Shown here: positions 1-7,967 of the stretch, piece after piece
Position numbering within the stretch: the stretch's first letter is position 1
Layout: every line of letters starts with the position of its first letter
Sequence record: OY723346.1
DNA length: 9,280 nt
Direction: 5' to 3' (one strand)
Notes under the pieces: model-generated
Told to the model about the DNA's origin: nothing
What the model saw: only the letters and a program-made list of their open reading frames with translations
The model's database searches: none
Translations under genes and position numbers: made by a program

Positions 1-329
1 GCTATGATGTAGGGGTATCCCGTACCCCTCATACCATCCGTGCATACTACTAGTATCCTGTATATCACTAGATACTGTATATGATCATACGTGCAAACCA
101 TGTGTTCAGATGTCTCGAAACATGTGTTTTGGTGTCATGACATACACATTCTATACTACTAATGAGTACCTGTACATGGTATGTGCTGTAAGGGATACTA
201 GGGGATATGGTGCATACCTCTAATGGGGCATATGCTGCCATTAGGGATACCCCCAATACCTATAGTACTCTGTATAGCTCATTACACCATGATATGCAAT
301 AGTAGTGGATTCGCTCATCTCGACTAGAT

Positions 330-348
330 CATGTCACGAAATGACATG
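330..348. repeat. Hairpin catgtca-cgaaa-tgacatg (7-bp stem)
   Basis: Perfect inverted repeat. The unit B copy is at 4668-4686. Confidence 0.85.
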
Positions 349-749
349 TTTTGGGAGGTGTGCCGATACCCACTAGTAACACAGATACTGTATGGTATGC
401 AGGTATCCCCATTCCCTCGATAAAGAGGCATCAGGGGATATGCACATGCCACCAGTACACTAAGGACTCTAAGGGGTGCCAAAAGGGGTCCAAAAGTGCT
501 CATTTTAGGGGTACCCGTAAATGGCATAATTGCCCCGATTTCGCGTACTCATATTCCTAAGGTCACTGTAAGGAATATGGTCTCCGGCGATGGCATTCCC
601 ATTGTGTGCATCCGAAAAGGGCATAAAATGACCCATTTTAGGCACTTTTGGGCCTTTTGGGGTCGCAAATGTGCACATTAAGACCCCTAATGTCTCCAAA
701 AGGGTCCAAAATGATGCATTCGTTTTCTGTCTGACTCGGATCCGCCCTT

Positions 750-768
750 CGCGCGCGCGCGCGTGTGT
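750..768. repeat. Alternating pyrimidine-purine tract (CG)7(TG)2-3, Z-DNA-prone
   Basis: cgcgcgcgcgcgcgtgtgt is 19 nt of strict Py/Pu alternation. Confidence 0.9.
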
Positions 769-886
769 TACTATACACTAAGGGCACACAATTTAGGGGT
801 TCCGAGCACCTCCAGACCCCCAATCCGACACCCTCTGGGATACCCTATCTGAGGGGTACGGGCCCGAATCCCTTAGGAGCACCTTA

Positions 887-912
887 GGGATGGCATTGGG
901 GAGGGGTCTGGG
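887..912 (+). other. G-quadruplex-type motif (GGG-N8-GGGG-N1-GGGG-N3-GGG)
   Basis: gggatggcattggggaggggtctggg has four G-runs at 887-889, 898-901, 903-906 and 910-912. Confidence 0.5.
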
Positions 913-924
913 AGCACCCAGAAA

Positions 925-969
925 GGGTCCCAAAACGAGTGATTTAGGGTCCAAAACACCCATTTTGGG
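925..969. repeat. Two tandem 22-bp iteron-like motifs (GGGTCC(C)AAAA-N-(C/G)ATTT(T)AGGG)
   Basis: gggtcccaaaacgagtgatttaggg followed by gggtccaaaacacccattttggg. Period is 22. Confidence 0.75.
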
Positions 970-1170
970 AGGTCTCGGGATACCTCAGATACCCCATTTC
1001 TGGAGGTCTTGGGTCCTCAGATCATGGCATCCGTGTCCTCAGATACCTAATACCTATGGTCTGCGAGTCCTTAGTACCTATCTGCATGGTCTGTATGCCC
1101 GTATCCTCTGTGCCATGTCCTCTGTGCATGTCCTCAGTACCTCTCTGCGAGTCCTTAGTACCTAATGCCT

Positions 1171-1218
1171 ATACCTATCTGCATACCTATCTGCATACCT
1201 ATCTGCATACCTATCTGC
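1171..1218. repeat. 12-mer microsatellite (atacctatctgc) x4
   Basis: Four perfect tandem copies at 1171, 1183, 1195 and 1207. Confidence 0.95.
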
Positions 1219-1620
1219 ACAGGTCCTCAGATACATCGCGAGCATCCCCGGACCCCATATCTCATGATCTGATGGTCTCCGGATCCGCTCATGGTCTCCA
1301 GATCTGCACATCCCCAGACCCCTAATCCGATACCCACAGCATATGGTCTCATAGTATGTATCTAATGGTGATGGTATCCATAGTGGTCTGTATCCCTACT
1401 ACACACACCATGGTATGTAGTGCATATGGTCTGTATGCCCTCATGGTCTCCGGATCCCTGCATCCCTGGATCCCATACCCATGGCATCCCCAGACCCCCG
1501 GATCTCATGATTCCAGACCCCAAATCCATCATTTTGAGACCTCTAAAATCATCATTTTAGACCCCAAAACCATGGATTTCAGGTCCTCAGATATGCTCTC
1601 CGGGATGCTCGTAATGGTCA

Positions 1621-1744
1621 TAATGGCTCTCAGAGGATATGGGGATACTCCCCGTAGGCCTCTCGGTAGCCCAGGATGCACGGAGGGACATTCCCTGTGG
1701 AGGTGATCTCCTCAGGTATCCCGTATGCCATATCCTGTCATTAG
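1621..1744. repeat. GC-rich ~125-nt dispersed element, copy 1 (full length); candidate structured RNA or MITE-like module
   Basis: taatggctctcagaggatatggggatactccccgtaggcctctcggtagcccaggatgcacggagggacattccctgtggaggtgatctcctcaggtatcccgtatgccatatcctgtcattag. Local hairpins at 1641-1653, 1684-1696 and 1699-1711. Terminal arms 1634-1648 and 1716-1736 are complementary (aggatatgg/ccatatcct and ggatac/gtatcc). Confidence 0.85.
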
Positions 1745-1794
1745 GTACCCATTCCGACCCATTTGGTGTCCCCAAAATCATCACTTTTGGTGAC

Positions 1795-1812
1795 CAAAGG
1801 GGTACCCCTTTG
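1795..1812. repeat. 18-bp perfect palindrome caaaggggtacccctttg
   Basis: Self-complementary and centred on GTAC. Confidence 0.95.
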
Positions 1813-2171
1813 CAACACGTTTTGGGACCCCCTAAAATGGTCACTTTTGGGACCTCTTTAGGTACCCTTCCCGGCACCCCTTAAGGGCCATCCTTCGAGG
1901 AATGGCACCATTTAGGGGGTCTGAAAGGGGGTCAGAAAGGGTGCTAAAAGGGTACATGCATGAGTACTCACACACCATCTTTAAGGGGTTTCGGGGGTTC
2001 TGTATCCCTCGAAGGATCCCCCTTAGTATATGGGGTGGTGTTCCCATGTGCAAAAGGGGCTAAAAGTGGTGTTTTCGACCCTTTTTGCATGCCAAAACCA
2101 CCAAAATCGATGGTTTTGAGCACCCCAAATCACTCATTTTGGGGGTTTCGGGCCCTGTCCAATACCCTCCA

Positions 2172-2268
2172 TAATGGTCTCTTAGAGGATATGGGGTACT
2201 GCATGTAGGCCTCTCGGTAGCCCAGGATGCACGGAGGGACATTCCCTGTGGAGGTGATCTCCTCAGGT
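2172..2268. repeat. GC-rich dispersed element, copy 2 (3'-truncated, first hairpin degenerate)
   Basis: Shares gtaggcctctcggtagcccaggatgcacggagggacattccctgtggaggtgatctcctcaggt exactly with copy 1. The 5' part reads ggggtactgcat instead of ggggatactcccc, and there is no 3' arm. Confidence 0.85.
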
Positions 2269-2317
2269 TCCATAATGCCCTAGATGTGCTAATCCCGTGC
2301 CGATACCTACTCGCAAC

Positions 2318-2344
2318 ACATGTTTTGGGACCCCTAAAACATGT
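2318..2344. repeat. Inverted repeat acatgtttt-N9-aaaacatgt (9-bp stem)
   Basis: Perfect 9-bp arms. The unit B copy is at 6658-6684. Confidence 0.85.
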
Positions 2345-2639
2345 ATTTCGACCCATTTGGGGTCCTCATACCATGTCACCATCCTCTGTGCACATACCAT
2401 GTATCTAGAGGATCTGGTCTCCATAGGTATCGTGGGCATATCCCCTACCCTATGATATAGGTGCCATGCAGAGCATGTGTACTCCTTATAGCATATGTAG
2501 TGATCCCCATGGTGTCTAAGGGATCTGGTGATGTACTGGATATCACCATAATCATGTAATCTGAGTACATCAAATCATGTGTTTTCATGTCATCAAATGC
2601 ATGCAATATCATGATATCTGGTGTCTACTGGATACCCTC
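2340..2639. repeat. Intra-unit ~300-bp direct duplication, copy 1 (unit A)
   Basis: catgtatttcgacccatttggggtcctcataccatgtcacc...ggataccctc matches 3387-3685 with only scattered mismatches. Confidence 0.9.
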
Positions 2640-3160
2640 TATATATCATATAGTACCCGAATACCTGCAAGGGCGGATCCTTATGGTTCCCCTTGTACGG
2701 ATATGCTGTAGTACTAGTGTTAGTGGGTACCATAATGAGTACATATCGAGTACTTCATATCATCAGATCATGTGTTTCATGTCATCAAATGCATGCCATT
2801 ACATGATATCTGGTGTCTACTGGATACTCCCTATATACCATATAGTACTCCATACACCTCTGCATGGTGTAATGGTACCCGTACTCCCCATGTACTGTAT
2901 ACCATAGGATACATGGCACTAATGGTGTGTATGCTGTTGTACTAGTGGTATTAGATGTGTATACCTACTCATAATGAGTACTTCATGTCATCAAATCATG
3001 TGTTTTCATGTCATCAAATGCATGCCAATACCATGATATCTGGTGTTACAGGGACTCCTCTAGATACCCATAGTACTCCATATACTCCCGTAATGGTGTA
3101 ATGGTACCCGTAGCCCCCATGTCCTATATACCATAGGATACATGGTCTGCTGGTATGTAT
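2561..3160. repeat. Block of degenerate ~190-240-bp satellite monomers (modal spacing 206 bp)
   Basis: Anchor atgtcatcaaatgcatgc occurs at 2587, 2779, 2985(var) and 3008. Monomers share ...ggtgtctactggatac..atagtactccatacacctctgcatggtgtaatggtacccgtactccccatgtactgtataccataggatacatgg.actaatggtgtgtatgctgttgtactagtggtattagatgtgtatacctactcataatgagtac. Confidence 0.9.
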
Positions 3161-3193
3161 CTAGTAGTACTCGTTGCCTGTACCCCTCCGAAA

Positions 3194-3264
3194 GGGTCTA
3201 AATACACCATTTTAGGGGTCCAAAACACCCATTTTAGGGTCCTAAAAGTGCTCATGGGGGTACC
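3194..3264. repeat. Three tandem 22-bp iteron-like motifs
   Basis: Units start at 3194, 3216 and 3238: gggtctaaatacaccattttagg / ggtccaaaacacccattttagg / gtcctaaaagtgctcatggggg. Looser relatives lie at 485-516, 620-645, 699-720, 2054-2078 and 3355-3385. Confidence 0.75.
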
Positions 3265-3386
3265 CCCACGAGCCCTTTTTATGACCATTTCTGGGCTTGA
3301 TTTGCGGACCCCTTTTGGGGGATTGAATCACCCGTTTTGGGTCCTCCAGAAAGGTGCCAAAAGTGGTCATTTTAGACACCCCAAAT

Positions 3387-3685
3387 CATGTATTTGGACC
3401 CTTTTGGGGACCTCATACCATGTCACCATACTCTGTGCACATACCATGTATCTAGAGGATGTGGTCTCCATAGGTATCGTGGGCATATCCCCTACCCTAT
3501 GATATAGGTACCATGCAGAGCATGTGTACTCCTTATAGCATATGTAGTGATCCCCATGGTGTCTAAGGGATCTGGTGATGTACTGGATATCACCATAATC
3601 ATGTAATCTGAGTACATCAAATCATGTGTTTTCATGTCATCAAATGCATGCAATATCATGATATCTGGTGTTACTGGATACCCTC
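3387..3685. repeat. Intra-unit ~300-bp direct duplication, copy 2 (unit A)
   Basis: catgtatttggacccttttggggacctcataccatgtcacc...ggataccctc lies 1047 nt downstream of copy 1. Confidence 0.9.
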
Positions 3686-3976
3686 ATAGATACATATAGT
3701 ACTCCATACACCTCTGTAATGGTGGTATGTACCTGTATGCCCCATGTACTGTATACTACTGTATACATGGTACTAATGGTGTACATGGTGTAGTACTAGA
3801 GGTATTAGATGTGTATGCATACTACTAATGAGTACATGTAGACACCACATGCTCTGCAAGTTGGACCTTCTTCCAGTTCCCTTGAGGGATATGGGGTCCA
3901 CTGGTACATGGGGTATATACTGCAGGTATCCCCTATACTGTACATAGTACTAGTAATGGTGTATACTGAGTACTTA
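3670..3976. other. Unit-A version of the variable slot (one extra satellite monomer plus a unique piece at ~3836-3900); boundaries approximate
   Basis: It cannot be aligned with 8250-8920. The flanks on both sides align. Confidence 0.75.
3884..3947. repeat. Possible internally deleted derivative of the GC-rich element
   Basis: gagggatatgggg (5'-arm-like) and caggtatcccctatactgtacatag (3'-arm-like) are separated by only ~25 nt. The similarity is to the arms only. Confidence 0.3.
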
Positions 3977-5087
3977 GTGTGTATGCATACTGTTAATGAG
4001 TACATCGAATCATGTGTTTCATGTCATCAAATGCATGCAATATCATGATATCTGGTGTCTACTGGATACTCCCTATATACCATATAGTACTCCATACACC
4101 TCTGCATGGTGTAATGGTACCCGTACTCCCCATGTACTGTATACCATAGGATACATGGTACTAATGGTGTGTATGCTGTTGTACTAGTGGTATTAGATGT
4201 GTATACCTACTCATAATGAGTACTTCATGTCATCAAATGCATGCATTTACATGATGATACTGCTCATGAGTACCTACCCGTAGTAGTATACATGTAGTAT
4301 CCATGGTATACATAGTACTCGTAGTGTATGCTGTTAGGCTATGATGTAGGGGTATCCCGTACCCCCTCATACCATCCGTGCATACTACTAGTATCCTGTA
4401 TATCACTAGATACTGTATATGATCATACGTGCAAACCATGTGTTTAGATGTCTCGAAACATGTGTTTTGGTGTCATGACATACACATTCTATACTACTAA
4501 TGAGTACCTATCCATGGTATGTGCTGTAAGGGATACTAGGGGATATGGTGTATACCTCTAATGGGGCATATGCTGCCATTAGGGATACCCCCAATACCTG
4601 TAGTACTCTGTATAGCTCATTATGCCATGATATGCAATAGTAGTGGATTCGCTCATCTCGACTAGATCATGTCACGAAATGACATGTTTTGGGAGGTGTG
4701 CCGATACCCACTAGTAACACAGATACTGTATGGTCTGTAGGTATCCCCATTCCCTCGATAAAGAGGCATCAGGGGGATATGCACATGCCACCAGTACACT
4801 AAGGACTCCAAGGGGTGCCAAAAGGGGTCCAAAAGTGCTCATTTAGGGGTACCCGTAAATGGCATAATTGCCCCGATTTCGCGTACTCATATTCCTAAGG
4901 TCACTGTAAGGAATATGGTCTCCGGCGATGGCATTCCCATTGTGTGCATCCGAAAAGGGCATAAAATGACCCATTTTAGGCACTTTTGGGCCTTTTGGGG
5001 TCGCAAATGTGCACATTAAGACCCCTAATGTCTCCAAAAGGGTCCAAAATGATGCATTCGTTTTCTGTCTGACTCGGATCCGCCCTT

Positions 5088-5106
5088 CGCGCGCGCGCGC
5101 GTGTGT
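5088..5106. repeat. Alternating pyrimidine-purine tract, unit B copy
   Basis: Identical cgcgcgcgcgcgcgtgtgt. Confidence 0.9.
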
Positions 5107-5224
5107 TACTATACACTAAGGGCACACAATTTAGGGGTTCCGAGCACCTCCAGACCCCCAATCCGACACCCTCTGGGATACCCTATCTGAGGGGTACGGG
5201 CCCGAATCCCTTAGGAGCACCTTA

Positions 5225-5250
5225 GGGATGGCATTGGGGAGGGGTCTGGG
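5225..5250 (+). other. G-quadruplex-type motif, unit B copy
   Basis: Identical sequence at offset 4338. Confidence 0.5.
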
Positions 5251-5262
5251 AGCACCCAGAAA

Positions 5263-5307
5263 GGGTCCCAAAACGAGTGATTTAGGGTCCAAAACACCCA
5301 TTTTGGG
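5263..5307. repeat. Two tandem 22-bp iteron-like motifs, unit B
   Basis: Counterpart of 925-969 at offset 4338. Confidence 0.75.
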
Positions 5308-5509
5308 AGGTCTCGGGATACCTCAGATACCCCATTTCTGGAGGTCTTGGGGTCCTCAGATCATGGCATCCGTGTCCTCAGATACCTAATACCTATGGTC
5401 TGCGAGTCCCTAGTACCTATCTGCATGGTCTGTATGCCCGTATCCTCTGTGCCATGTCCTCTGTGCATGTCCTCAGTACCTCTCTGCGAGTCCTCAGTAC
5501 CTAATGCCT

Positions 5510-5557
5510 ATACCTATCTGCATACCTATCTGCATACCTATCTGCATACCTATCTGC
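5510..5557. repeat. 12-mer microsatellite (atacctatctgc) x4, unit B
   Basis: Four perfect tandem copies. It has the same copy number as unit A. Confidence 0.95.
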
Positions 5558-5960
5558 ACAGGTCCTCAGATACATCGCGAGCATCTCCAGACCCCCGGAT
5601 CTCATGATCTGATGGTCTCCGGATCCGCTCATGGTCTCCAGATCTGCACATCCCCAGACCCCCAATCCGATACCCACAGCATATGGTCTCATAGTATGTA
5701 TCTAATGGTGATGGTATCCATAGTGGTCTGTATCCCTACTACACACCCCATGGTATGTAGTGCATATGGTCTGCATGCCCTCATGGTCTCCGGATCCCTG
5801 CATCCCTGGATCCCATACCCATGGCATCCCCAGACCCCCGGATCTCATGATTTGAGACCCCAAATCCATCATTTTGAGACCTCTAAAATCATCATTTTAG
5901 ACCCCAAAACCATGGATTTCAGGTCCTCAGATATGCTCTCCGGGATGCTCGTAATGGTCA

Positions 5961-6084
5961 TAATGGCTCTCAGAGGATATGGGGATACTCCCCGTAGGCC
6001 TCTCGGTAGCCCAGGATGCACGGAGGGACATTCCCTGTGGAGGTGATCTCCTCAGGTATCCCGTATGCCATATCCTGTCATTAG
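5961..6084. repeat. GC-rich dispersed element, copy 3 (unit-B counterpart of copy 1)
   Basis: Identical by eye to 1621-1744 at offset 4340. Confidence 0.85.
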
Positions 6085-6134
6085 GTACCCATTCCGACCC
6101 ATTTGGTGTCCCCAAAATCATCACTTTTGGTGAC

Positions 6135-6152
6135 CAAAGGGGTACCCCTTTG
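6135..6152. repeat. 18-bp perfect palindrome, unit B copy
   Basis: Identical sequence at offset 4340. Confidence 0.95.
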
Positions 6153-6511
6153 CAACACGTTTTGGGACCCCCTAAAATGGTCACTTTTGGGACCTCTTTA
6201 GGTACCCTTCCCGGCACCCCTTAAGGGCCATCCTTCGAGGAATGGCACCATTTAGGGGGTCTGAAAGGGGGTCAGAAAGGGTGCTAAAAGGGTACATGCA
6301 TGAGTACTCACACACCATCTTTAAGGGGTTTCGGGGGTTCTGTATCCCTCGAAGGATCCCCCTTAGTATATGGGGTGGTGTTCCCATGTGCAAAAGGGGC
6401 TAAAAGTGGTGTTTTCGACCCTTTTTGCATGCCAAAACCACCAAAATCGATGGTTTTGAGCACCCCAAATCACTCATTTTGGGGGTTTCGGGCCCTGTCC
6501 AATACCCTCCA

Positions 6512-6608
6512 TAATGGTCTCTTAGAGGATATGGGGTACTGCATGTAGGCCTCTCGGTAGCCCAGTATGCACGGAGGGACATTCCCTGTGGAGGTGATCT
6601 CCTCAGGT
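6512..6608. repeat. GC-rich dispersed element, copy 4 (unit-B counterpart of copy 2)
   Basis: Same as 2172-2268 except cccagtatgc versus cccaggatgc. Confidence 0.85.
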
Positions 6609-6679
6609 TCCATAATGCCCTAGATGTGCTAATCCCGTGCCGATACCTACTCGCAACACATGTTTTGGGACCCCTAAAA

Positions 6680-6980
6680 CATGTATTTCGACCCATTTGG
6701 GGTCCTCATACCATGGCACCATCCTCTGTGCACATACCATGTATCTAGAGGATGTGGTCTCCATAGGTATCGTGGGCATATCCCCTACCCTATGATATAG
6801 GTACCATGCAGAGCATGTGTACTCCTTATAGCATATGTAGTGATCCCCATGGTGTCTAAGGGATCTGGTGATGTACTGGATATCACCATAATCATGTAAT
6901 CTGAGTACATCAAATCATGTGTTTTCATGTCATCAAATGCATGCAATATCATGATATCTGGTGGTCTACTGGATACCCTC
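6680..6980. repeat. Intra-unit ~300-bp direct duplication, copy 1 (unit B)
   Basis: Counterpart of 2340-2639. Confidence 0.9.
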
Positions 6981-7333
6981 TATATGTCATATAGTACCCG
7001 AATACCTGCAAGGGCGGATCCTTATGATTCCCCTTGTACGGATATGCTGTAGTACTAGTGTTAGTGGGTACCATAATGAGTACATATCGAGTACTTCATA
7101 TCATCAGATCATGTGTTTCATGTCATCAAATGCATGCCATTACATGATATCTGGTGTCTACTGGATATTCCCTATATACCATATAGTACTCCATACACCT
7201 CTGCATGGTGTAATGGTACCTATACTCCCCATGTACTGTATACCATAGTATACATGGTACTAATGGTGTGTATGCTGTTGTACTAGTGGCATTAGATGTG
7301 TATACCTACTCATAATGAGTACTTCATGTCATC

Positions 7334-7347
7334 AAAACACATGATTT
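7334..7347. other. 14-bp micro-inversion relative to unit A and to the neighbouring B copy
   Basis: aaaacacatgattt is the exact reverse complement of aaatcatgtgtttt (2993-3006 and 7574-7587). The flanks catgtcatc are unchanged on both sides. Confidence 0.9.
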
Positions 7348-7420
7348 CATGTCATCAAATCTATGCAATTACATGATATTCCGTGTATCTAATGATGTCC
7401 TGGATACTCCCTAATGGCCA

Positions 7421-7544
7421 TAATGGCTCCTTAGAGGTATGGGGATACTCCCCGTAGGCCTCTCGGTAGCCTGGATGTGCAGAGAGGGTATTCCCTGTGG
7501 AGGTGGTCTCCTCAGGTATCCCGTATGCCATATCCTGTCATTAG
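7421..7544. repeat. GC-rich dispersed element, copy 5 (full length, diverged, inside the B-specific insertion)
   Basis: taatggctccttagaggtatggggatactccccgtaggcctctcggtagcctggatgtgcagagagggtattccctgtggaggtggtctcctcaggtatcccgtatgccatatcctgtcattag. The central ~21 nt are diverged, but all three local hairpins can still form. Confidence 0.85.
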
Positions 7545-7774
7545 ATGTGTATACCTACTCATTTCATGTCATCAAATCATGTGTTTTCATGTCATCAAAT
7601 GCATGCCAATACCATGATATCTGGTGTTACAGGGACTCCTCTAGATACCCATAGTACTCCATATACTCCCGTAATGGTGTAATGGTACCCGTAGCCCCCA
7701 TGTCCTATATACCATAGGATACATGGTCTGCTGGTATGTATCTAGTAGTACTCGTTGCCTGTACCCCTCCGAAA

Positions 7775-7845
7775 GGGTCTAAATACACCATTTTAGGGGT
7801 CCAAAACACCCATTTTAGGGTCCTAAAAGTGCTCATGGGGGTACC
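7775..7845. repeat. Three tandem 22-bp iteron-like motifs, unit B
   Basis: Counterpart of 3194-3264 at offset 4581. Confidence 0.75.
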
Positions 7846-7967
7846 CCCACGAGCCCTTTTTATGACCATTTCTGGGCTTGATTTGCGGACCCCTTTTGGG
7901 GGATTGAATCACCCGTTTTGGGTCCTCCAGAAAGGTGCCAAAAGTGGTCATTTTAGACACCCCAAAT

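Larger units (their letters stand above)
1..4337. repeat. Macro-repeat unit A (4,337 bp) of a two-unit head-to-tail array
   Basis: Colinear with 4338-9280. The offset is 4338-4341 up to ~2990, 4581 for ~3000-3650 and 4943 at the end. ORF-track pairs 505..699/4843..5037 and 1587..1877/5927..6217 translate identically. Confidence 0.97.
3608..4337. repeat. Second satellite-monomer block of unit A (interrupted by a short unique piece at ~3836-3900)
   Basis: Anchors at 3634, 4021 and 4227 (last spacing 206). This is the same monomer family as 2561-3160. Confidence 0.85.
7325..7564. other. 240-bp insertion/duplication present only in unit B
   Basis: The A sequence catgtcatc-aaatcatgtgtttt-catgtcatc (2984-3015) occurs twice in B, at 7325-7356 and 7565-7596. 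The intervening DNA is a degenerate half monomer plus element copy 5. Confidence 0.9.
6901..7741. repeat. Satellite-monomer block of unit B (contains the 240-bp insertion)
   Basis: Anchors at 6927, 7120, 7326(var) and 7589. It is the counterpart of 2561-3160. Confidence 0.9.

Noticed and set aside
485-516. Telomere-like heptamers TTTAGGG/CCCTAAA (also near 790, 941, 1911, 1830, 2331, 3211 and 3231)
   Set aside because: They are isolated single heptamers inside the 22-bp motif and are never tandemly repeated. This is not a telomere tract. At most it hints at a subtelomere-like origin, which I cannot support.
1660-1712. tRNA-, 5S- or SL-RNA-like gene in the element core (ggtagcccagg... looked vaguely box-A-like)
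   Set aside because: No cloverleaf can be drawn: there is no D-stem partner and no T-loop GTTCGA-type motif. I saw no convincing match to the 5S or spliced-leader consensus sequences I know.
1587-1884. Overlapping sense/antisense ORFs across the GC-rich element (MGILPVGLSVAQDARRDIPCGG... and ...RRSPPQGMSLRASWATERPTG...), partly preserved in copy 5 (7439..7654)
   Set aside because: Both strands are open simply because the element is GC-rich and lacks stop triplets. The peptides diverge immediately outside the ~100-nt element. A 35-residue shared stretch is better explained by nucleotide-level conservation.
2587-2907. 106-aa ORF with an internally repeated peptide (MSSNAC..MISGVYWI..IYHIV twice)
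   Set aside because: It stays in frame only because these two monomers happen to be 192 nt (64 codons) apart. The usual spacing is 206 nt, which is not a multiple of 3, so the frame is not kept across the array.
1-2950. RIP-like or deamination signature in the A-versus-B differences
   Set aside because: Roughly a third of the substitutions I tabulated by eye (about 13 of about 34) are CpA/TpG<->TpA changes, and TpA is very abundant. However, CA, TG and TA are so frequent here that this share is not clearly above expectation. GC content is not depressed as it is in heavily RIPed DNA. A formal context-corrected count is needed.
3155-3502. 115-aa ORF conserved in both units (also 7736..8083)
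   Set aside because: It is 'conserved' only because the DNA is nearly identical, with too few differences to test constraint. It runs straight through the tandem 22-bp iteron-like motifs and the 300-bp duplication. In unit B it overlaps an 85-aa antisense ORF (7948..8205). The peptide is low-complexity.
2561-4337. CRISPR array
   Set aside because: The repeats are ~200-bp degenerate monomers with no alternation of short identical repeats and unique spacers, and there are no cas-like ORFs.
5504-6046. Longest ORF in the window (180 aa, + strand)
   Set aside because: Its N-terminus is the translated 12-mer microsatellite (PICIPICIPICIPIC). In unit A the equivalent frame is split into 1056..1325 and 1356..1706 by TAA, and indels shift it upstream. 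Its 3' end overlaps the 96-aa antisense ORF 5927..6217 and runs into the GC-rich element. It resembles no protein family I recognise.
7325-7564. Transposon insertion with target-site duplication
   Set aside because: The flanking 'direct repeats' (catgtcatc...) are the satellite anchor motif itself. Unequal crossing-over or slippage between monomers explains the 240-bp gain without transposition. No transposase ORF is present anywhere in the window.
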